From: Acidobacteriota bacterium
Lineage (GTDB): Bacteria > Acidobacteriota > UBA6911 > JACQSX01
Direction: 5' to 3'
NCBI GenBank assembly: GCA_036507075.1
Contig: DASXQR010000201.1
Span: forward strand, 1 to 37,398
Length of the DNA stretch: 37,398 nucleotides
Part shown: positions 36,138 to 37,398 of the stretch, in pieces
Position numbering within the stretch: the first letter of the stretch is position 1
Layout: every line of letters starts with the position of its first letter
Position numbers and translations under genes: made by a program
Notes under the pieces: model-generated
What the model was told of the DNA's origin: nothing
The model's database searches: none
Seen by the model: only the letters and a program-made list of their open reading frames with translations

Positions 36138-36333
36138 TCAGCGCCCCATCCGGGGCGCAATTGTTTAATGGATTGGCGACCGGGGGTAGGCGCAAAAAAC
36201 GCGCCAACGCCCGGCTACGGGCTCGGCGCCCCATCCGGGGCGCCAAGTTTTACTGGATCTGCGAACCGAGGGTGGGTGCCAAGAACGCGCCAATCTCCGG
36301 CTATGGGCTCAGCGCTCCATCCGGGGGCGCCAA
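36138..36333. repeat. REP array 5' of tnpA, inverted relative to 35411-35602
   Basis: GCGCCCC-ATCC-GGGGCGC at 36141, 36226 and about 36312 (degenerate); GGGGTAGGCGCAAAAAACGCGCCAAC is the reverse complement of the left-array segment. Confidence 0.88.
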
Positions 36334-36382
36334 GGTCTAAATCTTTTAATCTTCAATCGTCAATCCTCAATCGCGCCAATCG

Positions 36383-37398
36383 TCACTGGGGTTTTTTGCT
36401 GCGAGTGGGGGCGGCTTTTGGGCGGGCAGGACGGGTGGCTGATGCTTCTACGAGGTAAAGATCGTTGGCCGACACGTTTTGCTCCGTTACCACCTTGAGC
36501 TTGCGTTTGTTGCCGTACGTGAAGAGAAGTTTCCTGCCGGCGCTCCAGACCTGGGGGTAGTAGGAAAAGCGGTCGGCCACGGCCGGCTGCGGAATGGGAC
36601 GTGCCGGCGCATTTGCCAGAGCGGGCAATGGGGCGGTTCTGAAAACCAGTGTTACTTCTACGTCCCGCCACTCTTCCCAAGCCACTGCCACTGACCTGTC
36701 GCCGAATGTCGTGAAACTGAGCCTGCGGGATTCCTTCGCCGCCTTGCCGGGCCCAAGTTCGACCGCATCGATTTCTCGTCCCGGAACCCATGTTTCTCCG
36801 GCGTTGACGCTGTACTTGAATCTCAGGCGCTCGCTCTTGTCATCCATCACATCGATGAAGGCGGCAATGTCCGTAGCGGAAACGACGCTCATGATGAGGC
36901 CGGCATTGGCTGCAACCGAATACAGAACGCCCGGCGCCCGCCAGGTATTGCCGCCATCGCGCGAAACCATCTGGATGAGAATTGAGTTCTTGGGTCCGCC
37001 GCGCAAAGACCAGCCCAGAGCTATCAGATTACCCCGTCCCGACGCGGTCAGTGCCTCAGGCGGGGCAGGGGAGCGGTAGATGGGTTTGGGGGTGCTCCAT
37101 TCCTTTTGTTCCGCCTTCAGCTCCGAGCTCATCACATCGAAACCGTCCACTGTAGTGCTCACCCAGAACAGCAGGGCCGTATCGCCGGCTGTGGTCACCA
37201 CCGGGTAGGTGACCGTCTCTATCCGCGTATTTTTCTCCAGGATGTTATCCAGCCATTCGCCCGGGCGGGTCAGGAAGGTACGTATATGAAACACCGTGCG
37301 TACGGAGTCCGGACGCTCCTCGGAAAGGATCACGATCTTTCCCGGAGCCAACACCACTTTGGGCGCAAAGCCCGCAATACCGTAGTCAAAGATCTTTG
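36383..37398 (-). CDS. BNR/Asp-box (sialidase-like beta-propeller) protein, 5' end outside the window
   Basis: Asp boxes SRDGGNTW and SVNAGETW; frame is open to the window edge. Confidence 0.78.
   Translation of the reverse strand, partial: KIFDYGIAGFAPKVVLAPGKIVILSEERPDSVRTVFHIRTFLTRPGEWLDNILEKNTRIETVTYPVVTTAGDTALLFWVSTTVDGFDVMSSELKAEQKEWSTPKPIYRSPAPPEALTASGRGNLIALGWSLRGGPKNSILIQMVSRDGGNTWRAPGVLYSVAANAGLIMSVVSATDIAAFIDVMDDKSERLRFKYSVNAGETWVPGREIDAVELGPGKAAKESRRLSFTTFGDRSVAVAWEEWRDVEVTLVFRTAPLPALANAPARPIPQPAVADRFSYYPQVWSAGRKLLFTYGNKRKLKVVTEQNVSANDLYLVEASATRPARPKAAPTRSKKPQ

Noticed and set aside
35411..36333. Regularly spaced repeats resembling a CRISPR array
   Set aside because: The intervening segments are conserved and the arrays are inverted around a transposase, which is REP architecture.
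1..37398. tRNA, rRNA, known riboswitch, integrase or phage genes
   Set aside because: None recognised by eye; a tRNAscan/Rfam scan would be needed to exclude small RNAs.

Overview
Bacterial genomic window, most consistent with Acidobacteriota (inferred from the Oar-type TonB-dependent receptor and the families of secreted beta-sandwich proteins). The left end is a rearranged patch. It holds a Y1/HUH (RAYT-like) transposase carrying an extra degenerate N-terminal Y1 domain, bounded by 14-bp inverted repeats with stuttered outer 10-12-mers and flanked by broken gene pieces. Next come a FadR regulator with palindromic operators plus a TonB-dependent receptor, a TMTC-like GT-C/TPR protein, a thymidylate-kinase-like protein, an MFS nucleoside permease, a Wzx-type flippase, a GAF-like/Pro-rich protein with a RomX-like tail and a class I/II aminotransferase. 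The stretch 17.5-35.4 kb looks like one coherent cell-surface locus: ECF sigma, ZAS anti-sigma, TPR-like protein, FG-GAP protein, a small secreted beta-sandwich protein, a double methyltransferase followed by six GT2 genes, and a ~990-aa secreted protein carrying four copies of the same beta-sandwich module. One ECF-type promoter motif (GCnAC-TTTTT-N10-GCATCT, 16-nt spacer) occurs upstream of the sigma gene and of both module-bearing genes. The window also contains an intact IS200-like RAYT with REP arrays, an unannotated RAYT pseudogene with its own REP family, and many palindromic short-unit mini-elements at gene ends. All family assignments come from motif recognition by eye, not from database searches.
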